64,000 bases of DNA from Gammaproteobacteria bacterium (GTDB lineage: Bacteria; Pseudomonadota; Gammaproteobacteria; Eutrophobiales; Eutrophobiaceae): assembly GCA_965229565.1 (NCBI GenBank), contig OZ245888.1:437160-501159 (forward strand), given 5' to 3'. A program made the position numbers and the translations under genes. Shown here piece after piece: positions 31,887 to 40,442 of the stretch; the first letter of the stretch is position 1, and the number at the start of each line of letters is the position of its first letter. A model generated the notes under the pieces. The model searched no databases. It saw only the letters and a program-made list of their open reading frames with translations, and was not told the DNA's origin.

Positions 31887-31927
31887 TGATGGTGTTTCCG
31901 TCAGGGATTAAAACAAAGGGCGGAATC

Positions 31928-32584
31928 TTACGAGCCAGCCGCGTTTTGCGCAACTTTATTACTGGTTAATTTGGTCTTTAACGGGCCATCCGGGATGATG
32001 ACACCCATGGAGATGATAAATTTGAAGCCTTCCTCGATCGTCATATCCAGCTCCACGATTTCTTTCCTTGGCACCATCAGGATAAAACCGGAAGTCGGGT
32101 TCGGTGTTGTCGGCACAAACACGCCGGTCATGTTGTCGTTGTCTATTGGATCAAGGTCATGACGGATGTCTTCATTGGTCAGGAAACCAATACTCCACAG
32201 GCCCTTACGCGGATATTCCAGCGCCACCACCTTGCGAAATGACTTGCCCTGGGAGTCGAGCAGGGTGCTCGAAATCTGTTTCACACTATTATATATGGTG
32301 CGCACCAGCGGCAGCCGGTTGAGAATCGATTCCCACACATCGAACAGGCGGCGCCCGAACAGGTTGGAGGCAAGCATACCCGTCAAAAGCAGGATAGCGA
32401 TGGCAAGCACGATACCGTAACCCGGCACCGAGAAACCGAGCACGTTGGCCGGCTGGTAGTCGGGCGGTAACAACAGGATTAGACGGTCAAGCAGGTCGAT
32501 GACCAGCTTGATAATCGCGACCGTGGCGGCCAGCGGTAACCAGACCAACAGCCCGGCAATGATATATTTACGCAGGGTCCCCAT
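31928..32584 (-). CDS. DUF502 family membrane protein
   Basis: YIIAGLLVWLP, IYNSVKQ, VFVPTTPNPTSGF, IISMG. Confidence 0.9.
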   Translation of the reverse strand: MGTLRKYIIAGLLVWLPLAATVAIIKLVIDLLDRLILLLPPDYQPANVLGFSVPGYGIVLAIAILLLTGMLASNLFGRRLFDVWESILNRLPLVRTIYNSVKQISSTLLDSQGKSFRKVVALEYPRKGLWSIGFLTNEDIRHDLDPIDNDNMTGVFVPTTPNPTSGFILMVPRKEIVELDMTIEEGFKFIISMGVIIPDGPLKTKLTSNKVAQNAAGS

Positions 32585-32595
32585 AGCGGGTCATT

Positions 32596-32916
32596 CTACT
32601 CGGAACTGGCAGCCTTGTTTCCCGATTTAGTACTGTCAGTCTTCGTTTCTGTACTTTTTTCAGACTTGCTGCTATCTGATTTATCCCCGGCAGACTTTTT
32701 ATCTGTGTCGGTCTTATCTCCCGACTTCGGTTTTTTATTTTTAAAATCAGTTTCATACCAGCCTGTTCCCTTCAGCTTGAAAGCAGCTGCAGATACCATC
32801 TTTTTCAAAGTGTCCTTACCGCAGGCCGGGCAGGTCTTCGCGGGAGGGTCACTGATCTTCTGTAACTTTTCAATCTGTTCGCCACACTGCTCGCATTTAT
32901 ATTCGTAAATAGGCAC
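32596..32916 (-). CDS. FmdB-family zinc-ribbon protein
   Basis: MPIYEYKCEQCG...CPACG...FKLKGTGWYETDF with an S/K/D-rich tail. Confidence 0.9.
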   Translation of the reverse strand: MPIYEYKCEQCGEQIEKLQKISDPPAKTCPACGKDTLKKMVSAAAFKLKGTGWYETDFKNKKPKSGDKTDTDKKSAGDKSDSSKSEKSTETKTDSTKSGNKAASSE

Positions 32917-33085
32917 GCATCTAGCTCCAGGAGTTTATACCGCGCGAAAAATAGGGGCGTCCAGGATCAAAATCAAGCTTTACTTGTGAATTTGCCGATA
33001 AATTTTACCCAAAGACAAATCTTGGGTATTATCGCCGCCTTTGTTATGGGGCAGGTTTATTCTTTCCATGCCATTATTCCGCTAC

Positions 33086-33161
33086 GGGCCGTTAGCTCAG
33101 CTGGTAGAGCAGTGGATTTTTAATCCATTGGTCGGGCGTTCGAATCGCCCACGGCCCACCA
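33086..33161 (+). tRNA. tRNA-Lys (anticodon TTT)
   Basis: Cloverleaf: GGGCCGT/ACGGCCC acceptor stem, D arm GCTC/GAGC, anticodon arm GTGGA-TTTTTAA-TCCAT, T arm GGGCG-TTCGAAT-CGCCC, encoded CCA; 76 nt. Confidence 0.96.
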
Positions 33162-33178
33162 TTCCCTACAGTTGTTAA

Positions 33179-33451
33179 CTACAAGCGTTTACTAATTCGT
33201 GTGCCGGATCCTGGCTTTTTAACTAAACGGCTGCGGAACACGTCCTGGAGTCCATTCCGGGCGGAAATGATTTCCACACCGTTTGCATCACAGGCACCGT
33301 ATCCGTCACGATTCTTGAAAAAGATGGCGCGGGTGATGCCATCCTGGCTTACCACCTCATAAACATCCATGGTCTTGTGGGTGGCACGGTAACCATGTTG
33401 CGTCATCAGTAACTTTAGGTCGGTTGGCGAGAACCTGGGGAAGTGAAGCAT
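33179..33451 (-). CDS. Hypothetical protein (90 aa)
   Basis: ORF fills the gap after the tRNA, has a weak AGAG upstream and a plausible composition. No recognised motif. Confidence 0.55.
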   Translation of the reverse strand: MLHFPRFSPTDLKLLMTQHGYRATHKTMDVYEVVSQDGITRAIFFKNRDGYGACDANGVEIISARNGLQDVFRSRLVKKPGSGTRISKRL

Positions 33452-33589
33452 GGTTGTACTCTTTAAACATTTTATCGTACTCCAAGTTTATGGTGCAGCA
33501 TGTGAATGGATCGTGAAACGCGTGTCCTGCTCACTTGATGTCGAAAAGTCCGGCTAGCGGGAAAATTCTAAATCTGGCAACAGTCCTTC

Positions 33590-34660
33590 TTAAGGAAATG
33601 TCAGCAGTTTATCAGCGTGGATCGTCTTGCCGGTCGCCGCGGAACTGTAGCCGGGCAACCTGGCAATCTGTTTTTTCAAATTGTTATGTTTTAGCAGACG
33701 TCTTAGTTCATTCTGGGCTGTTGCTGGCAACAATTTATGGTAAGCAAGGATGTAGCTCTCTTCCAGCAAGGGTAGAAATTGCAGATCAAACTCGACTGCA
33801 GCTGCCTTCAGCCCGAAACCGACATCAGCATGGTTACTTGAGACCATGGCCGCCACCGCCGTATGGGTAAATTCCTCACACTTGTAACCATTGATATCTC
33901 GAGGGTTTAGATCATTTATCTGCAGCAAATGATCAAAAATCGTGCGGGTACCGGATCCTTTCTGCCGATTGATAAACGTCAATGAACGGCGTGTTAAATC
34001 AGCAATACCACGGATATGTTTCTTTTGAGATGACCGAAACATCAAGCCCTGTTGACGCTGTGCCAGGTGTATATAACCAAAGCGCCTGTCATCAAGCAGC
34101 GGCCTGTAGTCAGCGGCCACTTCTTGTGCAATGGGACCATCCGGGAAATGGAAGCCGGCAATGACCAGTTCTGAAGCATATAATTGCTTTAGCGCATCGA
34201 GACTACCGCGTGAAACAAACTCAACCGCAATGTCTTTGGAATCTTCACAGAGCGCTGCAAAGCCCTGCACAGCAAGATCATGGCTCGTGTAAGCAATCAG
34301 ACCTGTCTGCTTCTTGCCAGGGCTGGATAGCTGAGCGATATCTTCATTCAGGGCATCCGCAGACTGCTGCAATGACCTGGAGAAGGCCGCATCAATTTTT
34401 TGTTTCGTGCTGACCAGCTTTTCGCCCAGTTGTGTCAGGCGCGTCCCACGCCCCCGGTTCTTGGTACAAAGCGGCATACTGAATTGAGCATTCCAGTGCT
34501 CGATGATCTGCCAGGCCGTACGATAGGAAACACCAACTTCCTCAGCTGCTTTCTGCAATGAACCATGTTGATCTATCTTCACCAGCAATTGCAAAAGCCG
34601 GGGATCGATCGCACCAGCGCCATCGGCAAACTGCCAGTTAATTGCAAAGGCCAGCTTCAT
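33590..34660 (-). CDS. Transcriptional regulator: ModE-like HTH plus PBP (oxyanion-binding-like) domain
   Basis: N-terminal GSLQKAAEEVGVSYRTAW...RGRGTRLT; C-terminal SHDL, GSLDAL, AGFH, FINRQKGSGTR, THTAVAAMV, ADVGFG. Confidence 0.85.
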   Translation of the reverse strand: MKLAFAINWQFADGAGAIDPRLLQLLVKIDQHGSLQKAAEEVGVSYRTAWQIIEHWNAQFSMPLCTKNRGRGTRLTQLGEKLVSTKQKIDAAFSRSLQQSADALNEDIAQLSSPGKKQTGLIAYTSHDLAVQGFAALCEDSKDIAVEFVSRGSLDALKQLYASELVIAGFHFPDGPIAQEVAADYRPLLDDRRFGYIHLAQRQQGLMFRSSQKKHIRGIADLTRRSLTFINRQKGSGTRTIFDHLLQINDLNPRDINGYKCEEFTHTAVAAMVSSNHADVGFGLKAAAVEFDLQFLPLLEESYILAYHKLLPATAQNELRRLLKHNNLKKQIARLPGYSSAATGKTIHADKLLTFP

Positions 34661-34697
34661 ATATATTTCACTTCATATTTTTAAAAAAACAAAAATA

Positions 34698-34744
34698 GCA
34701 TAATTTAAATTCATAGAAACAATAATTATGCAATTTATTACATA
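34698..34744. promoter_or_regulatory. Candidate operator in the divergent regulator/porin promoter
   Basis: Very AT-rich 104-bp gap. Perfect inverted repeat GCATAATT (34698)/AATTATGC (34724) and near-palindrome TATGCAAT-TT-ATTACATA (34727-34744). Confidence 0.4.
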
Positions 34745-34764
34745 TATTAAGAAAGGAAAAAACC

Positions 34765-36123
34765 ATGTACAAATTCACCTGTGTTTTTATAGCGGCTTTA
34801 CTCGTATCCCCGCTTGCACAAGCCAATACCAATGCAGCATTAATGGAGTTGCTTAAGGCCCTGGAAGAAAATGGAACGATCAACAGCGACATCTACGACA
34901 TGATAATCAACGTCGCCTCGCAACCCGAACAGCGACAAGTTGCTCAAACCGACAAGGAAGCAGTCAAAGAACTGGTTAAGAAGGAAGTTGCAGCAGCCAC
35001 CAGTAATCAACCGGTGATCACTGTAAAGGAAAAATTCGAGGTAAAGGATAAAAACGGTGACTTCAGTTTTCGGGTTGGTGGCAGGATACAAGCCGATGCA
35101 GCAACTTACAGTGAAGATGTGCTTGACCATAACGATGGTACAGAGATGCGACGTGCTCGTCTGTTTGCACAAGGAACGATGTGGAAGTTCTGGCAATACA
35201 AACTCCAGTATGACTTTGTCAGCACCGGGAACAGCGGTATTGCCGATGCCTACATTCGCTATTCCGGCTATTCGCCCTGGCAGTTTACGTTTGGGCATTT
35301 TAAACAGGCATTCAGCCTGCAAAACATGACCAGCTCCAAGTATGTCACGTTTACCGAGCGCGGCTTGCCCCACGTGTTTACGCCGGGAAGAGCCATTGGC
35401 TTTAATGTAGGTCGCAATGGCAATAACTGGAGTTCCAACATAGGCCTTTTTGGCGAGGGTATTGATGGTGCAAGTGGCACGGCTGATGAAGGCTATGCCG
35501 TAACAGGACGCCTCACTTATGCACCTGTACTGCAAGAAAGACAACACTTGCACCTGGGTGTTTCAGCGTCTTATCGTGACAGCGGCACCATTGATGCACT
35601 TTCATTCAGCGATCGACCTGAATCACACGTAACGAACACGCGTGAAATCAATACCGGCTCCTTTAATGCTGACCATAATACAAGAACTGTAATGGAAGCA
35701 GCTTACACGTTCGGCCCGGCCTCTGTTCAGGGAGAGTACTATCTCGTTGACATCGGTCGGGATGGTGCGGGAGCCGACCTGGATTTTTCCGGTTATTACC
35801 TGGAAGGCAGCTGGTTTATCACCGATGATCACCGTAACTACAGCGGTAGCAAGGGCAGCTATGGAAAAATTAAACCCGGTTCAGTACTGGGCAAAGGCGG
35901 CCTTGGCGCCTGGCAACTGGCAGTACGTTTCAGCAGTGTTGATCTTAATGATTCAGACATCTCTGGTGGTGATGCCCGGAACCTGACACTGGGGATGAAC
36001 TGGTTCCCGACGAACAATACACGTATGACGGCAAATTACGTCAAGGTTCTGGACGTCGAAGGCGGCCCATCAGACGGCGATGAACCCGAGGCATTTCAGT
36101 TACGAGGCCAAATCGAATTTTAA
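34765..36123 (+). CDS. OprO/OprP-family anion-selective porin
   Basis: Signal peptide, GGRIQAD, EMRRARL, FGHFKQAFSL, TSSKYVTFTER, GAWQLAVR, GMNWFP, C-terminal Phe; strong AAGGA RBS. Confidence 0.88.
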   Translation: MYKFTCVFIAALLVSPLAQANTNAALMELLKALEENGTINSDIYDMIINVASQPEQRQVAQTDKEAVKELVKKEVAAATSNQPVITVKEKFEVKDKNGDFSFRVGGRIQADAATYSEDVLDHNDGTEMRRARLFAQGTMWKFWQYKLQYDFVSTGNSGIADAYIRYSGYSPWQFTFGHFKQAFSLQNMTSSKYVTFTERGLPHVFTPGRAIGFNVGRNGNNWSSNIGLFGEGIDGASGTADEGYAVTGRLTYAPVLQERQHLHLGVSASYRDSGTIDALSFSDRPESHVTNTREINTGSFNADHNTRTVMEAAYTFGPASVQGEYYLVDIGRDGAGADLDFSGYYLEGSWFITDDHRNYSGSKGSYGKIKPGSVLGKGGLGAWQLAVRFSSVDLNDSDISGGDARNLTLGMNWFPTNNTRMTANYVKVLDVEGGPSDGDEPEAFQLRGQIEF

Positions 36124-36146
36124 TCAGCAAAAACGAGAAAGATACT

Positions 36147-36956
36147 ATGCGTAATATCGTACTTATATTATTAAACCTGCTTCTAATAATCTGTGCCAGC
36201 AATGTGCAGGCAGAAACAGAAAGGCTCAGGTTGGCAACTACTACCAGCACTGATAATTCCGGGCTGCTGCATGTACTGCATCCGGCATTCGAACAGAAAT
36301 ACAACATCAAGGTAGATGTTATTTCTGTTGGCACGGGCAAGGCATTACGCCTCGCCGAGAACGGCGATGTTGATGTCCTTATGGTGCATGCGCCTGCTGC
36401 AGAGATAAAGTTTGTCGAAGCCGGTTACGGTATAGAACGCCTTCCGGTCATGCATAACGATTTTATCATTGTTGGGCCAGCATCTGATCCGGCCGGATTA
36501 AAACAGGCTTACGATCTCGAAGAAGCGATGCAAAAACTTGTAGACGGCAAACACGGCTTTGTTTCCCGCGGTGACGATTCCGGTACGCATAAAAAGGAAA
36601 TGCGGTTATGGCAGCGGGTTGATGCCAATCCTGATGGCGACTGGTATATGTCGGTAGGCCAGGGCATGGGCGTGGTACTCAGGATAGCCAGTGACAAGAG
36701 CGCATACGCCCTGACCGATCGCGGCACTTACCTGGCCTTTATGGATAAACTGGAACTTGATGTTGTGTTTGAGAACGACGCCGCCCTGTACAATCCCTAC
36801 CACGTCATCATTGTAAACCCTGAAAAACACCCGCATACACAGGTAGGCATGGCGCAAAAATACGTGGATTTCATTCGCGGGCCGGAAGGCCAGGAATTGA
36901 TACGCAGCTTTCGCGTTAATGGCAAGGTACTGTTCCATCCCGACGTCATCAAGTAG
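36147..36956 (+). CDS. tupA: Tungstate-binding periplasmic protein TupA
   Basis: RLATTTSTDNSGLL (TTTS motif), GTGKAL, VHAP, FVSRGDDSGTH, GQGMG, LTDRGTY, NPY. Confidence 0.88.
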   Translation: MRNIVLILLNLLLIICASNVQAETERLRLATTTSTDNSGLLHVLHPAFEQKYNIKVDVISVGTGKALRLAENGDVDVLMVHAPAAEIKFVEAGYGIERLPVMHNDFIIVGPASDPAGLKQAYDLEEAMQKLVDGKHGFVSRGDDSGTHKKEMRLWQRVDANPDGDWYMSVGQGMGVVLRIASDKSAYALTDRGTYLAFMDKLELDVVFENDAALYNPYHVIIVNPEKHPHTQVGMAQKYVDFIRGPEGQELIRSFRVNGKVLFHPDVIK

Positions 36957-37025
36957 AGACGCTGAATTTCGGCGCCATCGTGTTTATACTATTGATACAT
37001 AGTTAAATCAGAAACAGGAGCCGAG

Positions 37026-37193
37026 ATGAACGAAGATCATATTATCGCGGCAATACTTGCTGCCGGTCTGATAGCCAAAAACAAGGATGAAGATATTCAA
37101 CCCAGGGACGCCGTAGGCATCTACAGCCTGTGCCTGTCCGAGCTACTGGAGGCCAACCGGGCACCACGTGAAGATCTCGCTGCCTCCAGCTAG
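37026..37193 (+). CDS. Small hypothetical protein (55 aa)
   Basis: AGGAG RBS and upstream TATACT; MNEDHIIAAILAAGLIAKNKDEDIQPRDAVGIYSLCLSELLEANRAPREDLAASS. Below the ORF-track cutoff. Confidence 0.6.
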   Translation: MNEDHIIAAILAAGLIAKNKDEDIQPRDAVGIYSLCLSELLEANRAPREDLAASS

Positions 37194-38068
37194 GGTTTTA
37201 CCTGCCTGCTATAACGCAGGTAATAAAAACTGATACAGGCAAGCATGACGCCGAAACTGATCCAGCCAAAGGTCGAGTTATACTGGCTAACGAGATACTC
37301 GAACTGACTGCTGTAGGTACGCTGACCGTAATAGTCGCTGACCTTGATTGCCATCACCACACCGGCATGCAACCCGATGCAGGCCGCCAGCGTGCCGTGT
37401 CGCAAGCGTAACAATGAGAGCAATACGCCGAACGCAAACAGGGTCAGGAAGTAATCCGCGATGGACCACTCATAAAAACGTCTGAACGCATCCGGCAACA
37501 TCTGCAGTCCGGTGGTCCAGCCAATCTCCATACCTTGCGGAACCTGGCCGTAGCGTATGAAATGTACGGCAGAATAAAGCAGGGATGACAATACTACGGC
37601 GACTGTCACACCGGCTTTTTTATGCAACCCGGCAAACAGGCCTCCACGAAATATCGCTTCTTCCAGCAGGCTGATGAGCAACCCTGTAATCACGGCCTTC
37701 AGCAAACGAATGACAAATTCGTCCAGCGTATAACTGCGACGCGAATCCAGTTCATGGATACCGAGTGAATAAAGTATCAGCTCGATCAGCAGGATAATTA
37801 AAATTCCATAGGCACTGGCGCGCAGAAGCACCTTGATAAAATCGCCACGACTGCCGGAGAAACCAAACGCCTTGAAAGATAACAGTGAATAGGTTCTTAG
37901 ATAGATTACGCTGACAAGTATGCCATTCAACAACGTGGCATAGGTCAGGTACTTGCGGTATTCAAGTTCGAGGAAGGGGTCCAGTGCCAGGAATAATGGA
38001 TAGGCCAATACTGCACCTGCCAGGTAGGCCAATACAATAAAAACCAGGAAAACGAACACTGCCGGCAT
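37190..38068 (-). CDS. CPBP (Abi/CAAX) intramembrane metalloprotease
   Basis: Multi-TM protein; LEEAIFRG (EExxxR), YSAVH and IGLHAG motifs. Confidence 0.88.
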   Translation of the reverse strand: MPAVFVFLVFIVLAYLAGAVLAYPLFLALDPFLELEYRKYLTYATLLNGILVSVIYLRTYSLLSFKAFGFSGSRGDFIKVLLRASAYGILIILLIELILYSLGIHELDSRRSYTLDEFVIRLLKAVITGLLISLLEEAIFRGGLFAGLHKKAGVTVAVVLSSLLYSAVHFIRYGQVPQGMEIGWTTGLQMLPDAFRRFYEWSIADYFLTLFAFGVLLSLLRLRHGTLAACIGLHAGVVMAIKVSDYYGQRTYSSQFEYLVSQYNSTFGWISFGVMLACISFYYLRYSRQVKP

Positions 38069-38081
38069 TCAGTGTTTGCCT

Positions 38082-38393
38082 CTATTCAATGATGGTTTCC
38101 GCGTAGTCTGTCTCGCCCTCGGTATCAAGCCAGGCCAGTTCAAGCTTGTCACCCGCTATAGCACCGGTAAATTCAAACGACAGGTAAGGGTTTTTTGACA
38201 CGGCACGGCTCCAGTCGCAAGACAGTACGGTCTCACCATTATGCTTGACGGTCACCAGCTTGATGTAATGAGCCGGCACAACTTCCTGTGTCTCCTGGTC
38301 AACCCGAAACCCGGTTTCCATGGGGTGACGAATGATGGCACGCACTGTAGTGACACCTTCTTTTAACCTTGTCCTCACCCGAATTGTCGACAT
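38082..38393 (-). CDS. soxZ: SoxZ-like sulfur carrier subunit
   Basis: VRAIIRHPMETGFR, PAHYI, AVSKNPYLSF, WLDTEG. Start overlaps the soxY stop. Confidence 0.88.
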   Translation of the reverse strand: MSTIRVRTRLKEGVTTVRAIIRHPMETGFRVDQETQEVVPAHYIKLVTVKHNGETVLSCDWSRAVSKNPYLSFEFTGAIAGDKLELAWLDTEGETDYAETIIE

Positions 38394-38845
38394 CAGGCAC
38401 AACCTCCCTCATGCACTGTGACATAGGTCTTGTTGCTATAGACCTGGTCTCCTGACACAACCACAACCATGATCTCGGATGACTGATCCATTTTCATGCG
38501 TGTTGAAACAAAACCGCTTGTACGAGGAGATAGATCAAAATTAGCAATAAGTGGATTCGGGTTTTTCTCAACGAATATCGCAATGGACTTTATGTCTGGC
38601 AAGTCACTGTTGATCTTGATGGGTACCACGGCACCATTCTCTATTTCCTGGCGCACACCAATTGAAATCCTGTCACTGGCCTTGATAGTAGCACCTGGAT
38701 AGTAGGCATCCAGTGCGGCTTCCTGGTTCTGGGCACCAAATGCGGCATCGTTCCAGATAGCCCATGCCTTGACCGGTTTCAGTAACCCACTGATAGCGAC
38801 GGCACCACTACCCAACAAAAGCTTAACGAGATCACGTCTTAGCAT
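38393..38845 (-). CDS. soxY: SoxY-like sulfur carrier with a divergent C-terminus
   Basis: Tat-like MLRRDLVK, IENGAVVPI, VEKNPNPL, STRMKM; ends VTVHEGGCA. Confidence 0.85.
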   Translation of the reverse strand: MLRRDLVKLLLGSGAVAISGLLKPVKAWAIWNDAAFGAQNQEAALDAYYPGATIKASDRISIGVRQEIENGAVVPIKINSDLPDIKSIAIFVEKNPNPLIANFDLSPRTSGFVSTRMKMDQSSEIMVVVVSGDQVYSNKTYVTVHEGGCA

Positions 38846-40318
38846 TTATATATTAATGGCCTTTTCCAGTTCGAGTTCGTACTTCAGTTCTGTCATTTTC
38901 GCCTTAACGCGTTCTTCCTGATAATAGTCAAGCCGATACTGTTGTTGAATAAATTTTAATTTATCAATTGCAAGCTTGGTTTCGCCGGCATGGAAATAAT
39001 AATCCGCCTGGATAATCGCTGTTTCAATTTCATTACCAAGCATGGCCTCGGCCTGTCCTAGCAAGGCATAAGTGTTCAAGTCATGCGGGTAAAAACGTTC
39101 GTATTCCTTTAACAACTCGCGCGCCTTTTCACCTTTCTTTACATCCAGCAGGGCGCGACTGTAGGCAACCAGTACCGGCTTGTAGTCAGGGTATAATTTA
39201 TATGCCCTCTCATAAATAGCGAGCGCCTGTTCATAGTTCGACTGTTCTACATGAATCTTTGCCGCCAGCAACATGTACGAGGAACTGTCGGCGTCCGCTT
39301 TCAACAAAATATCTGACTGCACCCTTGCCTGGACATAATCATTGTTTCTCAGGTAGGCGTGGCCCAGTCCATAACGAACAGATAACTTGTCCTTTTCGGA
39401 GAGCCCGGGGCTGTTCAGGCGCAGGTTCAATTCGTTAATCGCATCAGCAGGGTTCTTGTAGGCGTATGCAGTCAGCTTATTCTTTACCAGCTGATAGGTT
39501 AATGAATCGTCATACACCTCGCGTGGGTAGCTCTCGGCACGGGCCATGGTGTCGGCGATACGTGAAGTAGTCAGCGGGTGAGTGCGCAGAAATTCGGGGG
39601 CATTAACCTGCGAGTAGCGTGATACCTGCTGCAGTTTCTCAAAGAACGCGGGCATGGCGCGTGGGTCGTGGCCGGAACGCGCCAGTAACTGCATACCGAT
39701 ACGATCGGCCTCCTCTTCATTGGCACGGGTAAAATTGATCTGGCTCTGGAGGTTTAAACCTGCAACACCACTTAGCGCAGCAGCACCTGCCTGGGGGTTC
39801 ACAATGGCCAACAGGATGGCGCCCACCATGGCAGCAGCACTGGGGATACTATATTTATCATGCTGTTCAAACATGCGCGCAAGGTGACGCTGGGTAACAT
39901 GGGCAATTTCATGGGCCATTACGGCAGCAAGCTCACTTTCGCTGTCTGAGTTCAGTATCACACCGGTATGGATGCCAATCATGCCGCCAGGGCCGGCAAA
40001 CGCGTTGATAACCGGGTTGTTGACGACAAAAAACTTGAAGGGCTGCTGTGTATTGTCGCTATGCGAAACCAGCTGGTAGCCGATCGATTGTATATAGGAT
40101 TCCACCTCGGGATCGCGGTTAATATCCGAATAGTAGCGGACTTGCTTTAAAAACATCTGTCCCAGGCGGCGCTCGTACTCGGGTGAAATAACGCTACCGG
40201 CCGAGTCCGCGAAATCCGGCAGATCCGAGGCACCGGCAAAGACCAGCAAGGGGAACAAGGCAGCGATAAGCGTGAACTTGTATTTAGCCGAATGTGTTTT
40301 GATAATAGTGCGAAGCAT
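38846..40318 (-). CDS. bepA: M48 metalloprotease with TPRs (BepA/YfgC)
   Basis: INAFAGPGG, ESELAAVMAHEIAHVTQRH, FTRANEEEADRIG, FLRTHP, C-terminal TPRs. Confidence 0.9.
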   Translation of the reverse strand: MLRTIIKTHSAKYKFTLIAALFPLLVFAGASDLPDFADSAGSVISPEYERRLGQMFLKQVRYYSDINRDPEVESYIQSIGYQLVSHSDNTQQPFKFFVVNNPVINAFAGPGGMIGIHTGVILNSDSESELAAVMAHEIAHVTQRHLARMFEQHDKYSIPSAAAMVGAILLAIVNPQAGAAALSGVAGLNLQSQINFTRANEEEADRIGMQLLARSGHDPRAMPAFFEKLQQVSRYSQVNAPEFLRTHPLTTSRIADTMARAESYPREVYDDSLTYQLVKNKLTAYAYKNPADAINELNLRLNSPGLSEKDKLSVRYGLGHAYLRNNDYVQARVQSDILLKADADSSSYMLLAAKIHVEQSNYEQALAIYERAYKLYPDYKPVLVAYSRALLDVKKGEKARELLKEYERFYPHDLNTYALLGQAEAMLGNEIETAIIQADYYFHAGETKLAIDKLKFIQQQYRLDYYQEERVKAKMTELKYELELEKAINI

Positions 40319-40442
40319 GATTGATATGCTGCAATGATCCAGCAGCGGCCGGTTATATTTTTTGCCAGTTTAGCATACAAGTAAGACCGGCTTATTAACC
40401 GATCAGTTTCATAACTTTCTCTCTAATTCAGGAGCATACAAC

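Noticed and set aside
33112-33128. U32 in the tRNA-Lys anticodon loop as a recoding or suppressor sign
   Set aside because: The loop is a normal 7 nt with a pyrimidine at 32, U33 and anticodon UUU, which is within ordinary variation.
33086-37193. Integrative island at tRNA-Lys
   Set aside because: I saw no integrase and no direct repeat of the tRNA 3' end downstream.
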